Assembly: GCA_951406725.2 (NCBI GenBank)
Contig: OX597823.1
Location: 108,376,001-108,440,000 of the forward strand
Origin: Octopus vulgaris
Taxonomy: Eukaryota
Reading direction: 5' to 3'
DNA: 64,000 nucleotides
The position numbers and the translations under genes were made by a program. Under the pieces are notes generated by a model. That model did no database searches and was not told where the DNA came from. It saw only the letters and a list, made by a program, of their open reading frames with translations. Shown one piece after another: positions 27,939 through 40,340 of the stretch (the first letter of the stretch is position 1; every line of letters begins with the position of its first letter).

Positions 27939-28269
27939 GGTATATTATATTGTTTGTATAGAGAAGGTAGAACACACACTCCCATACACACACACGCTTA
28001 CACACAGTGACACACACATACAAATATACACAAGCACACACACATGCATATGTGCAGGTTATATTATTTTTAGCTAGTTTAGAGAATTAACCTTGTTTTG
28101 ATCCTCGATTTTCATGCTCACACCTAGTAACTATTCGTGCTTATAAATGAGAAGAATCCATACAATTTAAGAACCTTTGAATTGATCAGCAATAAAATAA
28201 TACATTGCACTGTACTTCTTGGTGTACTGTATAGTTTACTCTGTATCAGATGGAACCCTTTTCAGTAAC

Positions 28270-28485
28270 TAGACAGTGTTTACCAAGATCAATAGATATA
28301 TTAAACACTTTAAATCTCACAACATCAAGGTAAGTTACTCATGCTCAAATGACATCGTTTCTGACAGTGTGTGCTATAACAGAAGCAAACATGCACCAAC
28401 ACAGCTTCATTTCACTCTCTAACCAGTAACTACTGAAACCCTACCATTTACCCGATGAGGGGATTCTGTTTCCAAAGGTTTTGTT
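28270..28485 (+). mobile_element. Possible Penelope-like remnant with decayed hammerhead-like motif
   Basis: FKSHNIKVSYSC resembles the PLE FNRNxxKVSYSC motif; CCGATGA GGGGA ttctg TTTCC AAAG at 28452-28477. Confidence 0.35.
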
Positions 28486-28794
28486 CTGTAGATTCACCTT
28501 CACACCATCTGATAAGATCACTTGATTCTGCAGGGCATGACAACAAATAACGTCACAGGAAGTGTCATGTAATACATGCACTTCTTCAGGTGTAAGGACA
28601 AGGAAAAACTCTAATAAAGTGTATTGGATGCTACTTTCTTTTGTTTGTTCTCTCTCTCTCTCTCAAACAAGCATTCGCACACACACACATATGAGCAAAG
28701 AAGTACATCCATTCTTAGAAAAACTACCTGAATAAATCTTATCTAATGCATGCTACTATCAACAAACAGGCATTAAAATGATGACGATAACGTT

Positions 28795-28980
28795 GATGCG
28801 ATGAGGTGCCAATCATTTATTATGGATGGAACTTGTGGAAGTAGAAAGACATGGATTGATGTGGTGAAGCCTCATATCAGAATCTTGAACTCCACAGAGG
28901 AGATGACTAGGGCTGGAATGGCAGGAAATATGCAGTTCTCGAGAAGATCAACCTATCTTGGTGAGACTAAGTTCTACAAG
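28795..28980 (+). mobile_element. RTE-clade LINE 3' ORF remnant
   Basis: GTCGSRKTWIDVVKPHIRILNSTEEMTR resembles the RTE terminal GRPRKTW...D...LTEEMTxDR. Confidence 0.7.
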
Positions 28981-29255
28981 TGCCGTATTTATTTATGCAC
29001 CCCCACCTTCTTCATCTCTTTGACAGAAGATTTTTCTTCATACACCGAACTTTCTCACTACTCAGAACCATTTCACTCGATATCTACCCCACATCCTTAA
29101 TACTGTCCTCCCCACCCACATTTTGTATGTCTTTCCTTTCCTCTGAGCCACCAAACCATCTCACCTTCTCCACCACCATATACATCTCATTCTCCCATGT
29201 ACGCTAGTCTCTTCCTTTCCTCACATTCTTCCATCCCACCTAACCATTTGTCACC

Positions 29256-29295
<40 letters not shown>

Positions 29296-29734
29296 TCCTC
29301 ATCCCTTTTCTCACATTTCCCCTGTCTAGTGTAGCCTCATTACTATTTTCTCCCTTATTATCACTGATCACCATTGACCTTGTTTCCACCATTCATTACA
29401 TTCCCCCCTCAACCCTACCCAATCTTTGCAGTTGTCACCTACTCTTCCCTACTTAACATCCATTTAACACTTGTTCTTTATTTATTATATTCACCTCCTC
29501 ACACATTCCCCAAATCTCACTCACCCATACATTCTTCTAATCTTCACCCACCTACACTCCTGGTTCAGTTCTACACAGCTAATATTTTGAGGGTCCACAT
29601 GGACACACAACTGCAATCTTTACTCCTTCCCCATTGCAACCTGATCACCTCACTCGCTTTTCTAAAATCTGAGTAGCAATCAGACTCATTATCTAAGCTA
29701 AAAGTTGTTTCCCTTGGGATTCAAAATCTTACAC

Positions 29735-29950
29735 ATTGCATAGTGACCTCGCTAGTGCTGGTGGCAGAAAAAACAAGCACCCAGTACACAGTGTAAAATG
29801 GTTGGCATTAGGAAGGGCACCCAGAGTCACAGAAAACATGCCAAAGTTGACTGTGGAGCATGAGGCAGTCCTTCAACCCATCAGACCTGTTAGACACATC
29901 GGATCATGTCATTATGGAACAAGAACATTAAATGATGATGATGATGATGA
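29735..29950 (+). mobile_element. SINE family C
   Basis: tggttggcattaggaagggcac...acattaaatgatgatg. Confidence 0.8.
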
Positions 29951-30310
29951 CGTATATGACACATGCATACATATATGTAAACACACACACACACACACAC
30001 ATACACACTCATATATATTTATATGTACATATATGTGCATATATATGTGTGTACATATGTGTGTGTATATATATATATATATATATACACAAATTGAGAT
30101 AGGGGTTGTAAATGCAACCCTCCATGGGATAACATATATCCAATATGCTGCTAGTGAAGTACCCAACAAAGTTAATACATAAATGTTAATGATTGCGATG
30201 CAATCAATTCATTTACTGTATTATATGGGCAAAGGTAAAATGATTTACCACAAATTCATAATACAAGATAAGAAAATGGAGAAATACATCTAAATCAAAT
30301 ATCAATTACC

Positions 30311-30370
<60 letters not shown>

Positions 30371-30371
30371 C

Positions 30372-30517
30372 GGAGATGTACTCGCATAGCAAAGTGAACA
30401 GGTCGCGGATTTTAGCGACGAAAATATTTTGACAAATTAAACTTAAATGTTGGAGTGAATCGAACGGCTTTTGTGTGTTTCTTAAATGGCTTATAAACAC
30501 CTTCCACGCTGCAATTG
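30372..30517 (+). mobile_element. Short (TA)n-inserted element with hammerhead-like motif (G3-C8 core variant)
   Basis: GTGAACA G GTCGC ggatttta GCGAC GAAA ATAT TT tgacaa at 30394-30435; same family as 54587-54774. Confidence 0.65.
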
Positions 30518-30565
30518 TATATATATATATATATATATGCATATATGTTCATATGTATACAGACA

Positions 30566-30970
30566 TACGTTTATATATTTGTTGTGCAAGATTTTTTTAT
30601 GTGAAGTCGTGTGTTGAAACAGATATTGTTATATTTTGGAATGGTCATTTTGCCAGTTTAGCCAATAAAAACACACGCACTATATATTTGGTGTTACTTT
30701 GCTTCAGTGTTATTTATTTTTTAAATTGATCTTAATCTTATTTCAGCCAGAGTTCTTTCATCACATTCTTGTGACCACATCAGAGGTCCTTTGCTTTCTT
30801 CTTTCTTATTTGATGCGGTCACAGGAGTGTGACGAAAGAACTCTGGCCGAAATAAGATTAAGATTAATGTAAAAAATAAATAACACTGAAGCAGAGTAAC
30901 ACCAAATATATAGTGCGTGTGTTTTTATTGACTAAACTGGCAAAATGACCATTCCAAAATATAACAATAT
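30566..30970. mobile_element. Long palindromic element (about 160-bp arms, 28-nt spacer) with inverted hammerhead-like motifs, copy 1
   Basis: Arms 30623-30782 and 30811-30970; near-identical copy at 35533-35936. Confidence 0.85.
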
Positions 30971-31125
30971 ACAGACATATATATACGTATATATATCTAT
31001 ATATATGTATGTAAGTATACATATATATTTACATATCTATATGTATGTGTATATATATATATATATCATCATCATCATCATCATCATCATTTAACGTCCG
31101 CTTTCCATGCTAGCATGGGTTGGAC

Positions 31126-31156
<31 letters not shown>

Positions 31157-31177
31157 ATATGTATATATGTATATATC

Positions 31178-31273
31178 GAGAGAGTTTACAAAAAAAACAA
31201 AAGACGAAGACAGGTGATGTACAAAACAAACAGATGTATTAGTATAACGCTCAGGAATAGGAAAAGTCTTTTA
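31178..31273 (-). mobile_element. Truncated copy of the 55826-56075 hammerhead element, in (TA)n
   Basis: gagagtttac...aagacaggtg.tgtacaaaacaaacagatgtattagtataa.gctcaggaatag.aaaagtctttta is shared with 55828-55921. Confidence 0.85.
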
Positions 31274-31304
31274 TATGTATATATATATCGATAAATATAA
31301 ATAT

Positions 31305-31683
31305 TGTTTTATTTGTTTCAGTCATTTGACTGTGGCCATGCTGGAGCACCATCTTTAGTCGACCTAATTGACCCCAGGCTTTATTCTTTGCAAGCCTAGT
31401 ACTTATCCTATTGCTCTCTTTTGCTGAACCACTAAGTCACAGGGATGGTAACACACCGACATGAGTTGTCGAGTGAAATGATGGGGGGGACAAACATAGG
31501 CTCAAAAATACACACACACACACACACACACACACGATGAGCTTGTTTCAGTTTCTACCAAGTCCACTGACAAGGCTTTGGTTGGCCCAAGGCTTTAGTA
31601 GAGGGCACTTGGCCAAAGCACCGCAGTGGCACTCTGAACTTGAAACCATATGGTCGGGAAGCAAGCTTCTTATCACACAGCCA
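31305..31683 (-). mobile_element. SINE family A
   Basis: Homology to other A copies. Confidence 0.85.
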
Positions 31684-31844
31684 TACACATTCATATAAAC
31701 ACACACATACACGCATACACACACACACATGCATACACACACACATGTATATATGTAAATGTATGTGTGTAAATATATATATATATATATGTATGTATAT
31801 AAACATATTTATATCCATACATACATATATACATACATATATAT

Positions 31845-31888
<44 letters not shown>

Positions 31889-32339
31889 TTATATATATCT
31901 ACATATATATATATGTACATGCATTGACACACACACACACACACATGTAGTAATGTTAATTAATGCTTAATAAATATTTACTTAGCAATGTTTTCTTTAA
32001 GCTGTGTTTAGGAGATAGCTGGGTCCTTCTTGTCTTATCAGCAGACAATCCAGTTTGCCCCCTTACAATGTCATCTTTGTGTATAAGTTTACTGCTTCTT
32101 CATATCTAATATTTTCCTACTTTTCCTCTGACCCCCACCACCACAACCACCACCAGCACCACCACCACCCACGCACCATACAATGCTACATATTGACCTT
32201 CAAAATACCTTGCCAGAATAGGGAAAGTAGAGGGTTTCCTCAGGGTAATTTTCTCCCCCCCCCACACACACACACTGATGAATTTGTGAACACCAGTTGT
32301 CTGAAGGACTCCAAGGAGATTATATTGGTAGAGCCCCCA

Positions 32340-32371
32340 TCATCATCATCATCATCATCATCAACGTCATC

Positions 32372-32415
<44 letters not shown>

Positions 32416-32472
32416 CATCATCATCATCGTCATCGTCATCAGCGTCATCGTCATCATCATCATCATCACCAC

Positions 32473-32510
<38 letters not shown>

Positions 32511-32523
32511 ACATCATCATCAC

Positions 32524-32558
<35 letters not shown>

Positions 32559-32571
32559 ACATCATCATCAC

Positions 32572-32654
<83 letters not shown>

Positions 32655-32770
32655 ACATCATCATCATCATCATCGTCATCATCATCATCGTCATCATCTT
32701 CATCATCATCATCATCATCATTATTATCATTATTAGCATCATCATTGTCGTCGTCGTCATCGCCATCATC
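32340..32770. repeat. (CAT)n microsatellite
   Basis: Directly visible. Confidence 0.97.
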
Positions 32771-33164
32771 TTTTCTTTTTTACTTCCAGCATCCTGTGGA
32801 CAGCTTTTTAGCACATACCATTTATCAACTGTAGATAAACCATTCTCTCACAGAGTGCCTTGATGCCTTCATGTCCTACAGCTAACCATTGTCTTTAATG
32901 CCACCATATAGTCTTAACCTACCTACCATATTCTATCACAACACAGTTCAATCTCTGCCACAATATGGTCCCCTCTTTACTGTTCTTAGTTTTTGTCAAT
33001 TGTTTCTAGAAAATGCTAGACACTAGTTCCCCGAGGGAACTTCTACATGGTCATGCTACATGCTAGAAATAGTAACTTAATCTCCTTCAGGTCACACCCT
33101 ACTTTTTAAAAAAATGTAGGACACGTTAATACATTGATCATATGGTTTTAGAACTTATTAGTAA

Positions 33165-33330
33165 AGGTGTGTGGCTCAGGTGGCTAGGATAGTCATCTCA
33201 TGGTCATGAGGTTGTGAGTTCGATTTCCAGTGGTACATTGTGTTCTTGAGAAAGACACTTTACTACGCATAGCTCCTTCCCACTCACCTGGCAAAAATGA
33301 GTAGTACCTGTAATTCAAATAGCCAGCCAA
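33165..33330 (+). mobile_element. SINE family D, followed directly by a family A copy
   Basis: ggtgtgtggctcaggtggctagg...gagttcgatttcc...tgtgttcttgagaaagacacttta. Confidence 0.7.
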
Positions 33331-33331
33331 A

Positions 33332-33721
33332 TAGGCGCAGGAGTGGCTGTGTGGTAAGTAGCTTGCTAACCAACCACATGGTTCCGGGTTCAGTCCCACT
33401 GCGTGGCATCTTGGGCAAGTGTCTTCTGCTATAGCCCCGGGCCGACCAATGCCTTGTGAGTGGATTTGGTAGACGGAAACTGAAAGAAGCCTGTCATATA
33501 TATATATATGTATGTGTGTGTTTGTGTCTGTATTTGTCCCCCTAGCATTGCTTGACAACCGATGCTGGTGTGTTTATGTCCCCCGTCACTTAGTGGTTCG
33601 GCAAAAGAGACTGATAGAATAAGTACTGGGCTTACAAAGAATAAGGCCTGGGGTCGATTTGCCCGACTAAAGGCGGTGCTCCAGCATGGCTGCAGTCAAA
33701 TGACTGAAACAAGTAAAAGAG
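33332..33721 (+). mobile_element. SINE family A, young full-length copy
   Basis: taggcgcaggagtggctgtgtggtaagtagc...gtcaaatgactgaaacaagtaaaagag. Confidence 0.92.
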
Positions 33722-34009
33722 CACGATTAATTCAAAACAATGTGAACAGATAAACATAGCATTTAACAGAGTAATCTGAATACTGGAAGATTAAGATTGT
33801 CATGTAAGATTTTGGAAAATATGTAGCTGCTGTTTCTAGCCAATCAGTCAACCACAGAGAGGCTTATTCCTTGGTTCAGCCACAAGGGTACCATATTCAT
33901 ATGACTCTACAATAAATAACGATTTGGGTGGTTGAAATAAGGATTTTTGGTAGCACAACTGAAATATTTTGTCAGTGGTGAGGTGGGATGAGTTATAACC
34001 AACGGAGTG

Positions 34010-34250
34010 AACTGGGTGTTTTTACACTGCTCTGGCACAGGGGCATTTACATGGCATGCTTTTTACATGGTACCAGCACCCATGAGCCCTCAAGATTAGG
34101 AATGCTCAGCTGGAGAGTGATGCAGGGAACAAGTTTGCATGCAAGGACAACCATGCTTTTACTTAGCTTAACATGTCTTTTCAAACACAGAAAAACTGCC
34201 CGGGGTCTCAGTCCCTTGTCATCCGTTCTGAGTCCCAATGTCTGTAGATG
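34010..34250 (-). mobile_element. SINE family C-related 5' region
   Basis: gggtgtttttacactgc...catgctttttacatggtaccagcac repeats match the C-family internal units. Confidence 0.55.
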
Positions 34251-34481
34251 TTATAGTGAAATAAAAGTCAACAATTAACACAGGCAAGATTTGAACTCAG
34301 GACATGAAGACATGCGACTAAATGCCACAAGGTAATTTCTTTGGTGATTTTACTGGATTTTACCCTCTGCCACCTTCTTGGAGGCGGTGGTACCTGGGTA
34401 GGATGGGTTGCAATGATAATCGGTTTCTCACATCTTAAAATATAGCTTTACGAGAAAGACAAAATATTATCATGAGGAAAG

Positions 34482-34514
<33 letters not shown>

Positions 34515-34819
34515 GAGTAGTGGTGGTGGTGATGGTGAAGACAACAAAAATGTTAGTGGTGGTAGTGATGGTGATGGTAGGAGTGGTGGTGGTAGTGATG
34601 ATGATGATGATGGTAGTTGGAAGTAGTAGAATGAAAGACTGTAGCTGACCCCACCCTCGGTCCATAAAAGTTCCTCATTACACTCACTGACCAGCAATAA
34701 GGATCCTCCCTTCACTTCTCCCTCCCTGTCCTTCCAGTTCCTGGGAACTCTGTCGACATTGTACTATCGTGCATGTATGTGTGCTGTATGTGTTTATTTA
34801 AAACAAAGCATATATATAT

Positions 34820-34890
<71 letters not shown>

Positions 34891-35339
34891 AAATAAATTA
34901 CATATTCATGTGACTGTGTGTGTGTGTGTTTGTGTTGTGTTAGGGTATGTGTGGTACACAAATACGCATGTGTGTGCGTGCATGTATGAATGTATGTGTG
35001 GGTGAGTGTATATGTGCATGCATATATGTATGTGTAACTGCATGTTCAATAATATATAGCTTTATGTATATCAAAATTACATGCCTGCGTGTGTATACAT
35101 TTGAATATTAAAGTCCATATACACAAATCTTTATGCAGACTTATGCTTTGTGAATATAAATCATTATCATATCCTGGTGCGTTTTATTTTCTTTATTCAT
35201 TGGACAGAAAATGGGAGAATTGGGAGAACAGCAGTAACAATGTCTTGGCATAAATTTCTAACAACTCATTACAAGTTCAAACCCTACACAGGTCACCGTT
35301 GTATTTTATACTTCAAAGGAATGTTTTTCACTTGAATGT

Positions 35340-35510
35340 TTTACATGTTCCACTGGCACAAGTGCCAGTAAGGCGGTGCTGGTAATAATCATGTTTGAAT
35401 GTTGCTTTTTACGGGCCACCAGCATAGAAGCCAGTCAGCTGCTCTGGCAGCGATCACGCTCACTTCATGCTCTTCACTCAGATGGTGCTCTTCACTTGGA
35501 TGGTGCTCTT
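35340..35510 (+). mobile_element. SINE family C-related fragment with 18-bp tandem duplication
   Basis: gctcttcactcagatggtgctcttcacttggatggtgctctt. Confidence 0.55.
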
Positions 35511-35532
35511 ATATATTTATATATATATATAT

Positions 35533-35933
35533 ATATTGTTATATTTTGGAATGGTCATTTTGCCAGTTTAGCCAATAAAAACACATGCACTATATATTTG
35601 GTGTTATTTTGCTTCAGTGTTATTTATTTTTTACATTAATCTTAATCTTATTTCAGCCAGAGCTCTTTCATCACACTCCTGTGACCGCATCAGATGTCCT
35701 TAGCTTTCTTCTTTCTTATTTGATGCGATCACAGGAGTGTGACGAAAGAACTCTGGCCGAAATAAGATTAAGATTAATGTAAAAAATAAATATCACTGAA
35801 GCAAAGTAACACTAAATATATAGTGCGTGTGCTTTTATTGGCTAAACTGGCAAAATGACCATTCGAAATATAACAATATCTGTTTCAACACACGACTTCA
35901 CATAAAAAAATCTTGCACAACAAATATATAAAC

Positions 35934-35936
<3 letters not shown>
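35533..35936. mobile_element. Long palindromic element, copy 2
   Basis: Arms 35533-35692 and 35721-35879 plus a right-hand extension 35880-35936; (TA)n on both sides. Confidence 0.85.
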
Positions 35937-35974
<38 letters not shown>

Positions 35975-35977
<3 letters not shown>

Positions 35978-36265
35978 TATTAGAAGGTTTGGAGATGATG
36001 TACAAGTATTATATATAAGAAGAAATGAGGTACTCAGAAATCCGGATGGTTTTATATTTACAGATATTTATTTGTATAGTACATGTTTTTATAGATCATA
36101 TATCATATATCATATATTAGCGCTTTCGTCCATTCTAGTGGAGTCTTCAAATTGAGCTTAGTTCATATATATGATATATGATTTATAAAAACATGTAACA
36201 TACTAATAAATATCTGTAAATATAAAACCATCCAGATTTCTGAGTACCTCATTTCTTCTAATATG
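35975..36265. mobile_element. Inverted-repeat element with hammerhead-like motif in the loop
   Basis: Arms about 36016-36110 and 36170-36262; minus strand TTGAAGA c TCCA ctagaa TGGA c GAAA GCGC TA at 36118-36151. Confidence 0.65.
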
Positions 36266-36269
36266 TATG

Positions 36270-36302
<33 letters not shown>

Positions 36303-36399
36303 ATGCATTATGTATGTATGCATGTGTGAGTGTATGTATAAGTGTGTTTGTGTGTACCCCTGTGCAGACACCATATGATGGTTGTAAATTAGCATCTTG

Positions 36400-36600
36400 C
36401 ATTAATTTAGCATCATACAAGCAAGATTCGTCATTTCTTGTCTTCTGTGATAAAAAAAAAATGTCTCGTCAAGGATGGCAAAATATTTCTTCTTTGTTTG
36501 GAAACAAGTGAACGTTGATGACAGAAGGAACATCTGACCATAGGAAATCTTCCTCAACAAATTCCGTCTGACTCATGCCAGCATGGACAAACGTATTGTC
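36400..36600 (+). mobile_element. SINE family C-related, decayed
   Basis: ttgatgacagaaggaacatctgaccatag...gactcatgccagcatggacaaacg. Confidence 0.55.
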
Positions 36601-36944
36601 ATAGCTATAGAATTATTATACTTGTCAACAACACTTTATTCCCAAAATCTCAGTAAGATCATCAACAGAAGAAGACAATAGCAATAGCAACAACAACAGC
36701 AGCTGTTCAAGAATTCGGACCTGGAGATCTCCATTTCCAGCGACTTCGAGGGCCACCTCCCAGTGGTGTCGGGTGTCAACGAAGAGCCCTTGACTACAAT
36801 AAGATGACCAAAGTTTTTTTTTTCCAAGGTCTGGGGTCTCCCACCCCTAAGCCCTAGACCCTCACCTAATCACCCTTACCCGTCTTGTTGCTTAGCAACA
36901 ACAACAACAACAAGAACAACAACAGCAACAGCAGTAATATGATT

Positions 36945-37130
36945 TTTAACTGGAGTATAAGGCCTGAAATTTAGGACAAAGAACAGTTGATTATACTGCC
37001 CCAGTTCATAACTGGTATTTTATTTTAGTGACCCTCCCATCCTCAGACTGATGGAAGTCGAAGTATTTGCCTGTGGGTAGAATTTGATTCAGAATGGGAA
37101 GAGCTGGAACAAATAATAACTTGTCTGATG
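36945..37130 (-). mobile_element. SINE family B, decayed
   Basis: aaggcctgaaattt...ccccagttcataactggtatttta. Confidence 0.6.
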
Positions 37131-37136
37131 CTCAAG

Positions 37137-37549
37137 TGGCGCAGGAGTGGCTGTGTGGTAAGTAGCTTGCTTACCAACCACATGGTTCCGCGTTCAGTCC
37201 CACTGCATGGCACCTTGGGCAAGTGTCTTCTGCTATAGCGTTGGGCTGGCCAAAGCCTTGTGAATGGATTTGGTAGACAGAAACTGAAAGAAGCCCATCG
37301 TATATATGTATATATGTACGTATGTGTGTGTGTGTATATGTTTGTGTGTCTGTGTTTGTCCCCCCACCCAACATCGCTTGACAACCGATGATGGTGTGTT
37401 TACATCCCTGTAACTTAGTGGTTCAGTAAAAGAGACCGATAGAATAAGTACTAGGCTTACAAAGAATAAGTCCCGGGGTCGATTTGGTCGACTAAAGGCA
37501 GTGCTCCAGCATGGTCACAGTCACATGACTGAAACATGTAAAAGAGAGA
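37137..37549 (+). mobile_element. SINE family A
   Basis: Full head, core and tail. Confidence 0.92.
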
Positions 37550-38073
37550 GTAATGCTCAAGGGATTCTGTCAATCCACCATTCTTTAACTGTATCAAAAT
37601 TGACATCAGTGAAATAACAGCAAGAACAACATAAACAACAACAACAACAACAACTAGTAATAAGGAAGACAATAACAGTAACAACAACAGTCACATCAAT
37701 AACCACCATCATGACAACAACACTAAGCAACAACAACAACAATGGAAACAAGAACAACGACAACGACTCTAAAATTAGTTATAATGACCATCACCAACAA
37801 TAATGACAACAGCAACAACAACAACAAAACCAACAACAACAACAACAATAACAGCAGCAAAAATACCAGGAACATCAAAACTGTCCCTCAACTTGGGCGT
37901 GTCTATGTAGGGATAGGAAGCAAAGAGAGGTGGGGAGAAAGGGGGTTAGAAAGAGAGTAAGGAGAGTGAGGGGGGTAGGGAAAGCAATCGGGGGGGGGGG
38001 AGAATGAAAATATGGTGGGGGTGGGGGGAGTGAGAGAAGACATAACTTTGTGATATTTCATTGTGATTGCTGG

Positions 38074-38105
<32 letters not shown>

Positions 38106-38279
38106 GGGGTGTCGTCATTATTGCTGTTTCCTCTTCTGCATCCTTGCCTTCCTCCTCCTCCTCCTCCTCTTCTTTGTCACGGTCTTTTCTCTTTTCCTCA
38201 TTTTAGTTTTACTATGATTTAATGATCTTTGATATAGCCATTATAGTCGTTACATTGTGAAACCTGATGCTGCTCTTGT

Positions 38280-38469
38280 TGATGATGGTGGTGGTGGTGG
38301 TGACGGTGGTGGTGGTGGTGAGGGTGGTGGTGGTGGTGACGGTGGTGGTGGTGGTGGTGGTGGTGGTGGTGACGGTGAGGATGATGATAATGATGATGAT
38401 GATAATGATGATGATAATGATGATGATGATGATAATGATGATGATGATGACGATGATGACGACGATGAC

Positions 38470-38508
<39 letters not shown>

Positions 38509-38535
38509 GGTGATGATGATGATGACGACGACGAC

Positions 38536-38579
<44 letters not shown>

Positions 38580-38652
38580 CGATGATGATGATGACGACGA
38601 TGACGATGATGATGATGATGATGATGACAATGATGATGATGACGACGATGAC

Positions 38653-38704
<52 letters not shown>

Positions 38705-38845
38705 TTACTGTTGCTGATGATGATGTCAGTGGTAATGATAATGATAATGATGATAATGTTGATGGTCTTGATGGTGGTTCTGGCAGCAGCAGCAGCAGTA
38801 GTAGTAGTGATAATAGTAATAGTAGTAGTAGTAGCAGCAGCAGTG
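38280..38845. repeat. (GGT)n/(GAT)n/(AGT)n compound microsatellite
   Basis: Directly visible. Confidence 0.97.
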
Positions 38846-38971
38846 AGAAATAAAGTTAAAAAGATGTAAACTTGCAAGAAGCAAGAGGAGATAACTAAAG
38901 TAATAATCAGGTTAATATCCCAATAAAATGATATATATAATAATAATAATAATAATATGTATATATATATG

Positions 38972-39004
<33 letters not shown>

Positions 39005-39110
39005 GTATATATATATATATATGTATATATATATGTATATATATATGTGTATATATATATGTGTATATATATATATGTATATATATATGTATATATATAT
39101 CCATGCTAGC

Positions 39111-39153
<43 letters not shown>

Positions 39154-39950
39154 AAGAGGGAGAGAGAGAAATTATGAAAAACAAGTACAACAGCGTTATC
39201 ATACCAAACAACACCACCAACAACAACAACAATGTTGATTTCTTTTTAATAAGTGACAACATTATTATTTATGGTGAGTGAAATGTAGTCGGAGGGTTGG
39301 TGGAAACAGTGACTAGTTAAGTAGTAGAATATCTTATTAATAATATGGCTGTGAGAAAAATAACTCAGGGGTATGTTTTTGCATACTAAGTACAAGGCAG
39401 TAAGGTCTCTCTCTCATATGGAATGAAGTGGGGTGTAAAAACATTAAGCAACTGTGATGTGTGTTGCTTTTAAATTTTAACTACATCTAAAGGGAGTTTT
39501 TAGCTTACTTAGATATTTAGACAATCCCAGTCGACTGAAGTTTTTCACCTCATTGTATTACATCTAATAGATACTATGATATTTGGTTTTAATATGCAGA
39601 ACGGTTCCTTGTAATATTTTCTCATAGCCATAATGCTTATATTCATTGTGAACATCACTACTTTCTCTGTCTCTCTGTCTCTCTCTTTCTTGTCATATGT
39701 GTGCATGTAGCCATGTTTGTGTATGCATGAGGTGTGTGTGTATTTAATAACAGTTTGACCCAGCTCCATAAGACTTTATTATATATTGGATGAGATGGAT
39801 ATGGCCCATGCACCTTTAAAACTTTAAGTCATATCGAACTGAGTCAAGCTTTTATTAAAAAGATGTCTAACTCCTGCCAAATGTGAGTCACTCTCATTTG
39901 TTCATTCACTAGTATATACACACATATAAATACACACACACACGTGTGTA

Positions 39951-40340
39951 TACTCTTTACTCTTTTACTTGTTTCAGTCATTTGACTGCGGCCATGCTGG
40001 AGCACCGCCTCAAATCGAGCAAATCGACCCCGGGACTTATTCTTTGTAAGCCCAGTACTTATTCTATCGGTCTCTTTTGCTGAACCGCTAAGTGACGGGG
40101 ACGTAAACACACCAGCATCGCTTGTCAAGCAATGCCAGGGGGACAAACACAGACAGACACGCACATATATATATATATACATATATACGACGGGCTTCTT
40201 TCAGTTTCTGTCTACCAAATCCACTCACAAGGCTTTGGTCGGTCCGGGGCTATAGCAGAAGACACTTGTCCAAGATGCCACGCAGTGGGACTGAACCCGG
40301 AACCATGTGGTAGCAAGCTACTTACCACACAGCCACACCT
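39951..40340 (-). mobile_element. SINE family A, young copy
   Basis: CpG-rich; near reverse complement of 33332-33721. Confidence 0.92.
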
